From Octopus vulgaris (lineage: Eukaryota), in NCBI GenBank assembly GCA_951406725.2, contig OX597820.1, positions 110,236,001 through 110,300,000 of the forward strand: a stretch of 64,000 bases of DNA. Direction: 5' to 3'. A model generated the notes under the pieces. That model ran no database searches and had not been told where the DNA came from. It saw only the letters and a program-made list of their open reading frames with translations. The position numbers and the translations under genes are program-made. Within the stretch, counting starts at the first letter, position 1, and each line of letters opens with the position of its first letter. Below, one piece after another: positions 39,470 to 51,692 of this stretch.

Positions 39470-40063
39470 TGAAATCCACTTTACCATTTAGGGTGTTTAT
39501 TGCACTCTAAATGGTAAAGTCAACCTCTGAACTTTTGTCAGTTAAACTCCTAACATCTTTTTATGTTTAATCATTTTGTTATTTGGTCAGTATAGTACCA
39601 TAAAGTAAGCCACTAGCAATATATTCTTACATACTGTATAGCATTTTCATATGTAACATGCTTTCTTTATGTTTGATAGCCCTCACATTTGGAAGAATCT
39701 AGTGGAGTCTACTGCTGAGAAGTGCTCATAGTTGTTGTGAACTAAAAAGTAGTCCATTGGTTTTCTGTTTGATTTATGCTCAGTAAATCTGTAATAGAAA
39801 AGGAAAAGTCAAATTTTATTGATCTGTTTTTTTATTCCAAATTGGTGCTATTTTATTTATAGCTCTTAGAAATACAATGACATCACAACCTCCACCATCC
39901 CCATTCTCTAGAAATGTTATACTTCATGTCTATGTTGTGAAGCGGATGAAAGATATTTTCATAGAATGACACTAGCAAACTATGTCTGAAAATAGAGCTG
40001 CCTTTTAAAGATGTAATTATATTTGTTGTTACATTTTCATTGAATGTTTCTTTACTCTTCCAG

Positions 40064-40294
40064 GTTACCCTGTTCATTCTCCTGAAGCCTATCTGCCATA
40101 CTTTAGAGAACATAATATTACTGCTGTTGTCCGCCTGAACAAGAAAATTTATGACGCCAAACGTTTTACTGATGCTGGTTTAGATCATTATGATCTTTTC
40201 TTCGTTGATGGAAGTGTTCCAACTGATAATATTGTGAGGAAATTCTTGGAAATTAGTGAAAAATGTGATGGCGGCCTTGCTGTACACTGTAAAG
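40064..40294 (+). CDS. CDC14: CDC14 catalytic-domain exon ([10 protein letters not shown]...[18 protein letters not shown]...[10 protein letters not shown]...LAVHCK)
   Basis: ctcttccag acceptor and AAAG|gtagtt donor; 231 bp, phase 1/1, joins in frame to exon 4005-4092; contains the general-acid DGS loop and the catalytic Cys. Confidence 0.97.
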
Positions 40295-40744
40295 GTAGTT
40301 CACTTTTTTTTTTTTTTATTTTATAATGAAATATTTTGCTGGTAAATATCTGCTGTTTTATAGTGAGATATTATTTGTGAGGAAAGGCATCAAAGCCTTG
40401 TAATATCATGTCATAATAACTACGAGATCCAGTGAAGGAGCCTGTATACTAAAAATACCAATCAAATTTTTTTTCCACAACACTCTAATCATTATAAAAA
40501 AAGTTTTAATAAATAGCTGAATGGAAAGATGGAACAGTCCCAAATGGTATGTCTTTGATCATGGTTCTGTTTAAAGAGCAAACCTAGGGCTAAATAACAA
40601 CAACTTTATTATATCATTTGCTACAATAGTCTTATGCAATTTTTTTCTAGTTTATTGGCTATAATTTTCGTGTTAAGCTTTCAAAAATTATCTAAAATAT
40701 TTTGCTACTGCTCACTTATGGTATTCAATCACCAATTAGCAAGC

Positions 40745-41510
40745 CCTCCCAGCAGACCCTACAACCTAACAGATGTTAACCTAGCAGGTACTACAGCTCT
40801 GACTGAAATTTAACTAGCAAGCTGTACAAACTTGACTGAAGTTACATAAAGAATCCAACAGCTTTGACTGAATCTTACCCAGCAGACCATACAACCTTGA
40901 CTGAAGTTTACCTAACAGATCCTACAGCCCTAACTGATGTTTACCTCACAGGTACTACAACCTTGTCTAAATTTTGTCTAAATTTACCTAGCAGACACTA
41001 TGGCCTGGACTGAAATTTACCTAGTAGGCTCTACAGCCTTACTGAAGGTCACCTTGCAGCCCCTACAACATTGTCTAAAGTTTACCTTGCAGGCATTACA
41101 AATTTGGCCAAAGTTTACTTAGCAGGTACTGTGGCTCTGGTTGAAATTTTCCTCAGCTGAATTTTAACCAGAAGCCACTACAAAATTAGCTGAAGTTTAC
41201 CTAACTGCCTCTACCACCTTAGCTTAATTTCAACTAGCAGGCCCTACAACACTGGATGATAATTACCTAACAAACCCTACATTCTTGGCTGAAGTTTACC
41301 AAGCAAGGCCTACAGCCTTGACTAAAGTTTACCTAGCAGGCCCTACAGTCTTAGCAGAAGTTTACCTTGCTGAAATTTACCTAATAAGCACTACAGCATT
41401 GACTTAAGTTTACCTAATAGACTCTGCAAACTTGCCTAAAATTTACTCATCATGCTTTACAGCCTTAAATAAGGCCCTACACTCTAGACTGAAGTTTACA
41501 TAGCAGGACT
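40745..41510 (+). repeat. Degenerate 33-bp minisatellite (>20 units)
   Basis: Consensus about ctagcaggccctacagccttgactgaagtttac. Confidence 0.9.
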
Positions 41511-41639
41511 CTGGTATTTTTTAGAAATGGCTTTGCTCAATATATAGAAAAAGGGATAGGTATAAATTCCATATGTTCTACTCAATATAAGCAATGAGCA
41601 CACAAGAAATGTAGTGAACTCACTGACAGACTATCAGAG

Positions 41640-42290
41640 ACTGTAAGCTTCATGTTCCATAGATGCACTGGTGCAGTTCATACAAGCACACTTCAAATTG
41701 TGTCTCTTAAATGTTCATATGGCCAATCAGAATTAGTTGATAGCTTTTGTTACTTAGGAGATGCAATTAGCAAGAGAGGCGGTTGCTCTGAAAGCATAGT
41801 TGCTAGAGTTAGAACTGATTGGAAAAATTTCAGGTAGCTACTCCACTGTTGATAATAAAGATCTTTCTTTTAAGAGTGAAGAGCAGATTGTATGATGCTT
41901 GTGTTTGAACTGCCGTGTTGCATGGTAGGGAGACATGGGCCTTGAATGCAGAGGACTTGAATAGACTGGAAAGAAATGAAGCGAGCTTGCTCCATTATAT
42001 ATGCAATGTGAGTGTGTAAAAGAATAAGTACAAAGATGCTGAATGAAAAACCAGGTGTAAGAGGAATCAAAGTGTTCAAGAAAGAAGACTGTGCTGGTAC
42101 AGACATGTGATGCATGTATAAAGAAGTGTCATTTGCTTGATGTGGCTGGAACTTGTGGAAAAGGAAGAACTAGGAAGACATGGGATGAAGTGGTGAAGGC
42201 TGACTTGAAGACCCTGAACCTAACAGTTGAGATGACAAAGAACCAGGATTTCTGATGATATGAGGTTTTCAAAAAGACTCACCCTCTTCA
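41640..42290 (+). mobile_element. Degenerate RTE LINE 3' fragment
   Basis: VDSFCYLGD..GGCSESIVARVR and GRTRKTWDEVVK motifs. Confidence 0.8.
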
Positions 42291-43635
42291 ACAAGACTGA
42301 GTTCTGGAAGTGCTGTTTTGGGATTTCCACCAGTTACAGTGACCGTTCCTACTCTCTCATGCATTATGCCTACCTCTTCCCCTGCTGCCTAGCTCCTACC
42401 ACCATGTGTCTTGAAATCTTTCTTCTGGGCTTAAAAATTGGTTTGTGACATTTGTTCTTTTGATTGTGTTCTTGAGTCTGTGGCTATATACTCTGTTTCT
42501 TTCCAATTTTCTAGAATAATTGTTATCCTCCTTCGTATGTCTGAGTAAATGCTGTTCATGTCTAGATAGTTCCTCCTGTTATAATTACTGTTTCTTTGTG
42601 TAGAGTGGAATATCCTGCTTTGAAAGGTGTTCTCCTGTGGTGGAGAAGGGTTTGAAAATCTTTTAGTGGGTTTATTTCATTGACTGCAGAATCTGGAATT
42701 GGTGTTACTTCTTGCAAATCCTTGGTGGGTAAATTCTTAATTTTTGATGTTTGCTTTGTCGTCTGTGAGTAAAACTAGTATGCTTTAATTTTCTTTAGAA
42801 TTAGATTAGAACTACTTTTAAACTAGACAGCATTCCTTTCCTAACATCAATTCTTCATTTAAACATTGTACTCTCCATAGTATAACTGTTTTCAAACAGA
42901 ATGCCTTCAGTGTTTTTGAACTTACCATTTCCATATGTCTATCAACAGATTTGAATTTTTCTTCATTCGTGCTGGCTCTAAGATGCAATAGCTGAATTTC
43001 CATTTTCAATTTTTCTAGTGATCCTTTCTCTGAGTTTTCTTTCTTCTAATTCATTTTTGATTGGTTTTATTTGAAATTATCTGTAAAGAAAAGTTGGGGC
43101 TGTATTCAACTAATTTTCATAAATATTTGCTTTGAAATTCTTTTTTAACAAATTCCAAAATGTAAATTTTAGGGTTGTGAGATTCTCATTCCAGATATGA
43201 TTTAAACTGTGTTTGATTGAGTATGTTTGTCAATCTAGATCATTATTGTTGGTGTCTTAGTTTAAATTAAAAATTTTTTCAATGTTCTGTGAAGCTGCTA
43301 TCTCTGTTATGTTACATAATTGGTTTAAAGTCTGGACAATCTTCATCTGCTGGTTATTAATGCTTGTTGCTCAAATTTCTTTCATATAATTCCAAAATTT
43401 CTTTATTTTTTTGTCTGTCAGGATAGATTTACTTTTTCTTTGGATTAACAAAGCAACCAATAGTTTCATGTGAAGGAATCTCTACTATTGTCTCCATTTT
43501 GGAGAACATTCCCATGTGGTTTGCTTGAACAGTTGTTGAGATCCATTCCACATGAAACTATCGATAGCCTTGTTAATCCACAAATAAGAATATTTATCCA
43601 CCAATGTGTTGTTGAGCACTCATTCTCACTGTCTG

Positions 43636-43674
<39 letters not shown>

Positions 43675-43774
43675 TAAATCTATATATATGCATGCATGCT
43701 TGTTTGTTTGTTTTGAATGTACATGAATATATTTGCATGTAGTATTTTACATTTTTTGCTTTAATAATTTACAG

Positions 43775-43913
43775 CTGGTTTGGGTCGGACAGGAACCTTA
43801 ATAGCTTGTTACATTATGAAGCATTATAGATTCTCTGCAGCAGAATCTATAGCATGGTTACGGGTCTGCAGGCCTGGCTCTGTAATAGGACCACAGCAGA
43901 ATTTCCTGATTGA
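43775..43913 (+). CDS. CDC14: CDC14 exon ([47 protein letters not shown])
   Basis: tttacag acceptor and GA|gtaagt donor; 139 bp, phase 1/2; completes the HCKAGLGRTG PTP loop. Confidence 0.97.
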
Positions 43914-46357
43914 GTAAGTTGTTAATTTTGATTTACTTAACTAATATAAATGTTTTACCTTTTCATATGTGGGTGTATATATAAGAGAGAGAGAGAGAGG
44001 GGGGGAGAGTGCACATGTCAATGTAGATTATTGTTTTCGTTGTTTAATCCCTGTCAGCATTAATCCAGTAGACTTTTGATCAAAGATGTTCTGTATGTAA
44101 CCAATCCAGTTTTTTTTTAAATCCCAGAGACTACATTATCCAGTGTGTTCTTTGTTTAAAAACTGACTGTCATGTTTGATTTGGATCTGTTAGAAGTAAC
44201 AGACATATCTTCCTGAAATCATGTCTTACTGTTTATTTGTCTATGTGAGTCAAGTGTGGAAGCTGTATATGTAGAATTTGTTAGAATAAGAATGTAAATG
44301 AGCTATATGTGTGTATTTGCGTGTGGTTGTGTGTGTATGTGTTTGCATTTGTGTGTGTAGTCCCAGGTCAGCCCTGTTCAAACAGATCCTTTTTAATTTG
44401 TATTGGTCTGTTTGTATAAGCTATAGAGTGGTAATGTAGGCATGTAGTTTATCCTCTGACCCACTATATTTCTGTATGTTAGAAAAATTTGGTTCTACCA
44501 CAGCAGAGATGAACAAGAACTCAGTCAGCATATGACAGATACTGTTACTATATGTGTTGTAATGTTTATATGTTCATGTTTGTGTGAATGTGTGTATATT
44601 TATATGTATGTATATATTTATATGTGTATGTTGTTGTAGGAAGGCTGAGTGGTTAAGAGATTAGCTTCAGGGTCTTGAGTTTTTTGGTTCCATCCCATTG
44701 CTTGGTATCTAAGCCATATAACTTTAGCATAGCCTCATACTGAATCATATCTTGTGAGTGAAATTGGGAAGATGGAAACTGCATTATAACTTGGCAGGTG
44801 GATGGAATCTCTAATTTAGAGGTACTGCTTTGTTAAATATTGTTTCATGTTGATTTTGTTTGGGAAATATGTTATGGTTACATGTGTCTGTAGAATACTC
44901 AGCCACTTACATGTTGATTTTATAAGGTGAATGTTAAGTTGATTGAACAGCTTTATGTTCAATGTTGATACCAACAAATGTTCCATCATATGCAGCAGAG
45001 ACACATAAGGGGAAAGGGAGAGAGAGAGAGATCTTATTGAAGATGACCCAAGTTTACCATTTGATAAATGTGAATATAAGTTCTCTCTCAACCAAAGCAT
45101 TTTTCTGCTACTAAAATTGAACTAAAGAGAATTCAATAGATCAGTAGAGTAGTAAAACCCCAACTAAGAGGTCAGATGTTCATATTCTATCAATGGATTT
45201 TTGTGCTGTAGCTGTGACTTATACAGTTTTACTAAATCAACCCTCCTATCAATGATAAAACTGTAAAATCTGTGAGTTGAAGCTAGTGATGGTCTCCATT
45301 GGCAAAAACTAATAGAAATAGTTCAGACAGTGAGATATAATTTTGTGCTATGCAGATTCAAAAGTCCAGCCTTGTCACACATGCTGTGTGAAAAGACATA
45401 AGAAAAATCTAATATTTTGAGATTTTCTCCTTTCTCTGACCATTACTCTCCACCTATAACATGTTATCTCTCCCTCCTCCTCTTTAACTCTCCTTCCTCT
45501 TCTCTGTCATTAATCTCTATTTTTATTTCAGCATCTATTCATCTTCTTTGTTTGATGAAGGCTTCTGCCTAAAAATATCAAGCTTCCCTTCATTTCATCA
45601 TAAAATTTATTCCACTGTTTGAATTAGCTGTAAACATTTTATCATAGAGTTTAAAAATTCTATGCTGTAAACAGTGGGAATAGTGCAAAATTGACAAGTG
45701 TTTCAATAGCTTTCAGTAGTGTTAAGATCAGTTCATTGAGTGTTTAACAAATTGATTTGTCCTAGGTTACTAGATGCAATCAAAGTTTTTACCTGTGCTC
45801 CAATAAATCACTGTGTCATTGGGACACTATCAAATTAGACAACTTACTAAAATTGTTGTTGTTTTTCTCAATGAGCTCTGTTTCAGCATAGAATGTCAGC
45901 TGTTTTGTCTATATAAACATAACTAGTCTTACTACTACAATGATTGATTTCATTAAAACACAATATAAAAACATTTTCAAGTTAATTCATTTGTTATAGT
46001 CTTTCTTTTAGCCTTGAACTCTAGTTACATACTCTCTAAATTAGATATTGACGTTCAGTAAATGTTCTGACATTATACACAGATCATAATATTTTGACAA
46101 AATACCACAGAGATTAATAAAACTTTTACCATATAACATACAATATAACCTGTAATGTGTATGTAAATTTAGTCTTTTAGTGAAGAATGATCAGATATAG
46201 TCAATGGTTTAGTTCTTGAATAGTCTAGCTATTGCAATTTCATGTTGTAAAGTTCTTTTAAAGCAGTAAACTCTAAAACAGTGGTTCCCAACCTGGGATC
46301 CACAGACCCCCGGTGGTCTGCAAAGGTAGTACTGAATGTCTGTGAACTAAATTCAAA

Positions 46358-46757
<400 letters not shown>

Positions 46758-46831
46758 CTCTTTTACTCTTTTACTTGTTTCAGCCATCCGGCTGAGGACA
46801 TGCTGGGGCACCGCCCTTGTTGCTACCCTCT

Positions 46832-49800
46832 CTAAGTCCAGTTTGCCGTGGCTGGCCACTGATCTAAGAGAGAGTTTGTAGCTGCTGCCCTTAGGTTACC
46901 TTCGTACCTTGCAGTGGGTTCATCTGGGATCCTGGAAAGCAGCTTGTCTAGATGTTTTTTGAAAATGTCCACATCCGCATTATGTAGATCTCTTAGTTTT
47001 CTTGGCAGTTTGTTGAAAAGCTGAGGGCCCCTGAACCCCAGGCTATTACAGTATCTGCTCCTTACCCTGGATGTGGAAGACGGGACCTTTGGCACCACAC
47101 AGTGACGTCCTGTACGGGGATTGGAACAGCTCTCAATTCCAAAATTTGGTGCTAGTCCCTCCAGGATTTTCCATATGTATATCACTGCATATCTCTCTTG
47201 TCTTCGTTCCAAGGAGTACAAATTGAGTTCCCTAAGCCTCTCCCAATAGTTCTTTTCTTTCATGGTGGAAATCCTCTTGGTGAAATGTCTTTGGATTGTC
47301 TCAAGCTCTGTGGTTAGTTTGACACTATGCGGTGACCACAGTTGGGAGCAGTAGTCCAGGCGGCTTAGGACAAATGTCCTCCATAGTGTCAACATGGTCT
47401 CGCAGTCTCTTGTCCGGAATGTCCTCAGGATCCAGCCAGTGAGTCGTCTGCACATTGTCGCCACCTTCGCGATGTGTGAAGAAAAAGATGCATCATCACT
47501 CATGTCTATCCCCAGGTCCCGTATTGATTTCGATACTGGGATTTCGATCCCTCCTGGACCAGTATAGTTGTGTTGTAATGTATATGTGTTTACAGCTTGA
47601 TATTGTAAGGCTTGAAATTTACCAGCATTAAATTGCATGTTGTTGTCTTCAGCCCATTTGTATATGGCATCCAGATCTTGTTGTAAAAGGTCAGCATCAG
47701 CTGGGTTTTTGATTGCCTGTGCTACCTTTGTGTCATCAGCATAGCTAGTGAGGGATGTTGTTTGTGCTACCAAGGGCATGTCAGAGAGCGCCACCAAAAG
47801 CAGCAAGGGTCCCAAGACTGTGCCCTGTGGCACCCCGCTTGCTATTGGTGTCTTTCCCGAGAGGGCTCCATTGGCTGCAACCATCTGGCTTCTGTCCTTC
47901 AGGAAGTCATGTATCCACTCACCTACTTTTCCTGTTATGCCGAGTCTGAGTAATTTGTGACATATCACTCCGTGGTCGACTTTGTCAAAGGCCTTCGCAA
48001 AGTCGAGATATACCACATCCACCTGTGAGCGATCCAGTAGTTGTTTCAGTACCCAGTCGTAGTGTTGTAACAGCTGCGTAAGGCAGCTTCTTCCTGGGCG
48101 AAAGCCATGCTGTGTGTCAGTGAGACGGTTAGTTTCTTCGAGGAACGTGATCAGTTTTTTTCTGATGATTCGTTCCATGACCTTACTTATGTGTGACGTC
48201 AGGGAGACTGGCCTGTAGTTTTTGGCCTCTGCTCTACTCCCTCCTTTGTGGATAGGGCATATGGTGCCTTCTTTTAGCGCCCTGGGCAGTTTACCGTTAG
48301 CCAAGGAACCACTGAAGAGCTTCTTCAGTGGTCCCGCTAGGGCATGCCTGCATGTTTTTAGGAGGACTGCTGGGAATCCATCTGGTCCAGCAGCTGAGTT
48401 TATTCTCATTTCTTCTATGGCAGATATTACATCCCTCTCTGTTATGTCTATGTGGTCGATGGTTGTTGTTTGGTTTTGGAGTGTTGTGGCATCAAAGAAA
48501 ACTTCTGGGTTTGTGATTTGCATGTGCCCCAGAGGGGATGTGAACACACTTTTATACTGTTCCTTTAGTATTTCACTTATCCCTTGGGGGTCCTCAGTTA
48601 GAGAGCCCTTTTTATCAAAGAGTGGGCCAATCTTGCAGTGTACCGAGGTGGTTTCTTTCGCAAATTTAAAGAAGGCTTTAGGGTTTGTTTTAATATTCTC
48701 TATGGCCCTGGCTTCTCTCTCTGCCCTCTCCTTCTCATAGGAAAGTTTGAGTGCAGTTTCCGTTTCAAAAAGTTTCAGGTGGAGTCCCTCATTGTTTCTC
48801 TGCCGTGCATTCAGTTGCTTCGAGAGCTTAGCTCTTCGCCTCATAAGTATTTTCCTGTCTCTGGGAATAACGTTCCTATGCCCGCTGGCTTTTTTCTCCG
48901 GGACAAACTTATGGCATATGTTCTGTATTGTTGTCATGAAATGTTGGAAATGTGTGTTGGTGTCTTGTGTGGTGATGAAGTCACTCCAGTCATGTTTTCG
49001 GATCTCTTCGTTGATCTTCTTCCAGTTTGCCTTATGGAAGTTTAGACTGGATAGGCCTGTGGTATTTTCTAATGGCTGCGTCTCAACTAACTCTCTCATA
49101 CCATATATCATTACCTCTACTAAGTTGTGATCTGAGAGAATTGTTGGTGTTACCATTATGTTGTGGATGAGCATCGGGTTGCTTGTGAAACAGAGGTCCA
49201 AGACATTCTCACCTCTTGTTGGCCAAAGCACTGCTTGCTCCATGAAAAACTTGCGTGTGAGAGCCAACAAGGACTCTGTCTGTCTCTGTTCAAGTGATGT
49301 CATTCCAGGGAGGAGATGGCCATCTGGCCATTTGACTTTCGGAAGGTTAAAATCTCCCAGCAGTAGAATGGTGTTACCCTGGTCCAGTTTGTCCAGGACT
49401 TCTTCTATTCTTCTGAGGCTATCTTCAAACACTCCTTCATGACTAGGGGTGTCCGGTGGCCGATATGTGACACATATTACTATTTTCGGTTGTTTCATGT
49501 GTACTATCAGTGTGTCACAGACTGAGTTTGAGTGTGTCAACAGTACTATGGGTGTGACATCTTCACGGACGTACAGGGCAACCCCACCATGAGTTCTTTC
49601 CTTCCTGTCCGACCGAAAAACAGTATACTTCGGTATGTGTATTTCTGCATCTGCTATACTGCTTGACAGGTGCGTTTCAGTCAGCGCTATGCATATTGCA
49701 TGGTTGCTTGTGCTCAAGTCCCTAAGGTAAGGAATTTTACCCATATTAGTGGGTTTCACCAGACCTCTGACATTCAGCAGAAGCACTGGTGAGACACCCG

Positions 49801-49855
49801 GGGTGTCAATAAAGGCTGACGGTGTGGCACCTGGGCCGGCGTCAGCGGTGGCCAC
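46832..49855 (-). CDS. LINE ORF2: apurinic endonuclease plus reverse transcriptase (1007 aa, uninterrupted)
   Basis: APE motifs LNVRG, LTETHL, GDFN and SDH; RT motifs [27 protein letters not shown] and YADD. Confidence 0.97.
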   Translation of the reverse strand: MATADAGPGATPSAFIDTPGVSPVLLLNVRGLVKPTNMGKIPYLRDLSTSNHAICIALTETHLSSSIADAEIHIPKYTVFRSDRKERTHGGVALYVREDVTPIVLLTHSNSVCDTLIVHMKQPKIVICVTYRPPDTPSHEGVFEDSLRRIEEVLDKLDQGNTILLLGDFNLPKVKWPDGHLLPGMTSLEQRQTESLLALTRKFFMEQAVLWPTRGENVLDLCFTSNPMLIHNIMVTPTILSDHNLVEVMIYGMRELVETQPLENTTGLSSLNFHKANWKKINEEIRKHDWSDFITTQDTNTHFQHFMTTIQNICHKFVPEKKASGHRNVIPRDRKILMRRRAKLSKQLNARQRNNEGLHLKLFETETALKLSYEKERAEREARAIENIKTNPKAFFKFAKETTSVHCKIGPLFDKKGSLTEDPQGISEILKEQYKSVFTSPLGHMQITNPEVFFDATTLQNQTTTIDHIDITERDVISAIEEMRINSAAGPDGFPAVLLKTCRHALAGPLKKLFSGSLANGKLPRALKEGTICPIHKGGSRAEAKNYRPVSLTSHISKVMERIIRKKLITFLEETNRLTDTQHGFRPGRSCLTQLLQHYDWVLKQLLDRSQVDVVYLDFAKAFDKVDHGVICHKLLRLGITGKVGEWIHDFLKDRSQMVAANGALSGKTPIASGVPQGTVLGPLLLLVALSDMPLVAQTTSLTSYADDTKVAQAIKNPADADLLQQDLDAIYKWAEDNNMQFNAGKFQALQYQAVNTYTLQHNYTGPGGIEIPVSKSIRDLGIDMSDDASFSSHIAKVATMCRRLTGWILRTFRTRDCETMLTLWRTFVLSRLDYCSQLWSPHSVKLTTELETIQRHFTKRISTMKEKNYWERLRELNLYSLERRQERYAVIYIWKILEGLAPNFGIESCSNPRTGRHCVVPKVPSSTSRVRSRYCNSLGFRGPQLFNKLPRKLRDLHNADVDIFKKHLDKLLSRIPDEPTARYEGNLRAAATNSLLDQWPATANWT

Positions 49856-50707
49856 CCTGGGTCCCTTGATTGTGGTGGTCTTGAGTGCTGTTGTGAGTGC
49901 CCCTGGCTCTGAAGACGATGTATCCAGGCCAGTTGTCCCACAATTTTCTCTGCCATTTCCACAAAATTTCTTTGTTCTGCTGCCGCCGTCTGCATTTCCT
50001 CTGCAAATGTGCGCCTTCTCCTTGTTGGGGCATTACGCACTATGTCTGCATATTTCTGGGGCAGCTTGTATTTGTTCTGGTTTTGGTTAAGGCATTTTGG
50101 TCGAGTGGGTTTGATGCAATTTCCATAGGGCCTGGGATGAGCGAACCTGCATCCTTCCCCTGTTTCTCCATGCCAGCAGGTTCCATTCCGGAAGAATTTG
50201 CATGTTATCTGGGTTTTCTTGTCCCCAGTTCCTCTCTGTTTTTTCTTCCTCCGTTGGACGGTTGTCCACTGGTTCCTTTCTGCATAGGTCTTTTCATCCG
50301 GGTGGTTATTTTCTGTTTCCCCATCGCCGCCTATCTGTTGTTTGCCCTGCTTGCCTTCTTCGACTGTGGCAGTGGGCGTGTCATTTTGACACTCTGTGGT
50401 TGGTGTTTCCTGTTTCCATCTCTCTCTCTTTGTCTTTGTCCACCTTGAGGACTTGGCTTAGCAAAGCCATGTGTGGTGCAATGAGAGTGTAGGCCCTTTC
50501 GACTTCTCTTTTCTTCCTCTCTACTTGCGCCAACGTCCTCATAAAGCCATGGCTTTTCAGGGTCGCCGCTATGTTTTTAGTTGGTTGCGATCTGTCGGCC
50601 GAGCTCTATCCTCTGATGAAAACTTCCAGCTCTACTTTCGTCCAGTTACGCTGGCTTTTGTTGACGCCAGTGTTTGCATTCACCTCTAATTTTTGCATGT
50701 TGTCCAT
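49774..50707 (-). pseudogene. Disrupted LINE ORF1 (Myb/SANT-trihelix-like N-terminus plus CCCH zinc finger)
   Basis: ATG at 50707: ..RNWTKVELEVFIRG*..IAATLKSHGFMRTLAQVERK; frameshift near the (GA)n run ~50420; CKFFRNGTCWHGETGEGCRFAH; ends TGA at 49774. Confidence 0.7.
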
Positions 50708-50866
50708 TCCGTTGTAGCGGGGAGAGAGAGAGAAGCTGTGAGGGAAAAAGGGAGAAGGGAGGAGAGAGGAAGAGATTGTGATTGTGAGGAAGGGAGGAAT
50801 TATATTATATTATATTATATTAATTTATATTAATCTAATAGTGCAATAGGGGGGTAGGGAGAAAGT

Positions 50867-51157
50867 AGAGAAAGGGAGCGTCTATGTACTTAAGGAGAAA
50901 TTGGGAGCCGAGAGTAAGAGAGAAGAGGAAGAGGAGAGACTGAGAGCTGAAGGAAGAGAGAGAAAGCGTCTATGTCCTTATATGTATCCGAGAGAGGAGA
51001 GTAAGTTAGAAGAGAAAGGGAGCGTCTATGTACTTAAGGAGAAATTGGGAGCCGAGAGTAAGAGAGAAGAGGAAGAGGAGAGACCGAGAGCTGAAGGAAG
51101 AGAGAGAAAGCGTCTATGTCCTTATATGTATCCGAGAGAGGGGAGTAAGTTAGAAGA
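50867..51157. repeat. 144-bp tandem repeat x2 in the LINE 5' region
   Basis: Units start at 50867 and 51011. Confidence 0.9.
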
Positions 51158-51518
51158 GAGAAATGGAGAGACAAGGAGAAGCGGGAGAGAAACTGAAGAG
51201 ATAGAAGAGAGTAATGGAGAGACAAAGAGAATCGTGAGTGAGAGAAACTGAAGAGACAGACAGAGAGAGAGAGAGAGGGGAGAGTTCTAAGCGAAGCTAT
51301 TTGTACACACACACACACGCGTATACATACATACACACACACACATATACACATGTGTGCACACGCACATATATAAACAGTAGTACCAAGTGAGTATATA
51401 AAGAAACAATAATAATAATAATGAAATAGCTGAAAGAAAACAATCCAAGAGATTTTACAATATGTATATATATATATGTATATATATATATATGTATATA
51501 TGTATATGTATAGATATG

Positions 51519-51551
<33 letters not shown>

Positions 51552-51692
51552 GTATATATGTATATATATATATGTATATATATATATGTATATATGTATA
51601 TATATATATGTATATATATATGTGTATATATATATATGTATATATATATGTATATATATATATGTATATATATATGTATATATATATATATA

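Larger units (their letters stand above)
46758..51300 (-). mobile_element. Near full-length CR1-group LINE inserted in (TA)n; 5' boundary approximate
   Basis: ORF1 remnant, intact ORF2, 3' tail ...gctgaaacaagtaaaagagtaaaagag, and a pyrimidine-rich 5' region with tandem repeats. Confidence 0.9.

Noticed and set aside
4093-40063. Additional CDC14 exons or a nested gene in the 36-kb intron
   Set aside because: The flanking exons join in frame to continuous CDC14 sequence (EDG|YPVH); the remaining ORFs are TE-derived or low complexity.
40745-41510. CRISPR array (also the 47-bp repeats at ~25530-25750 and 42-bp repeats at ~62875-63025)
   Set aside because: Head-to-tail degenerate units without unique spacers; eukaryotic context and no cas genes.
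45548-45585. Hammerhead-like ttgatgaaggcttctgcctaaaaatatcaagc (similar at ~60870)
   Set aside because: The GAAA core is lost and stems I and III are not convincing; at best a dead relic.
47748-50689. Several + strand ORFs of 60-183 aa
   Set aside because: Antisense shadows of LINE ORF1/ORF2; no independent motifs.
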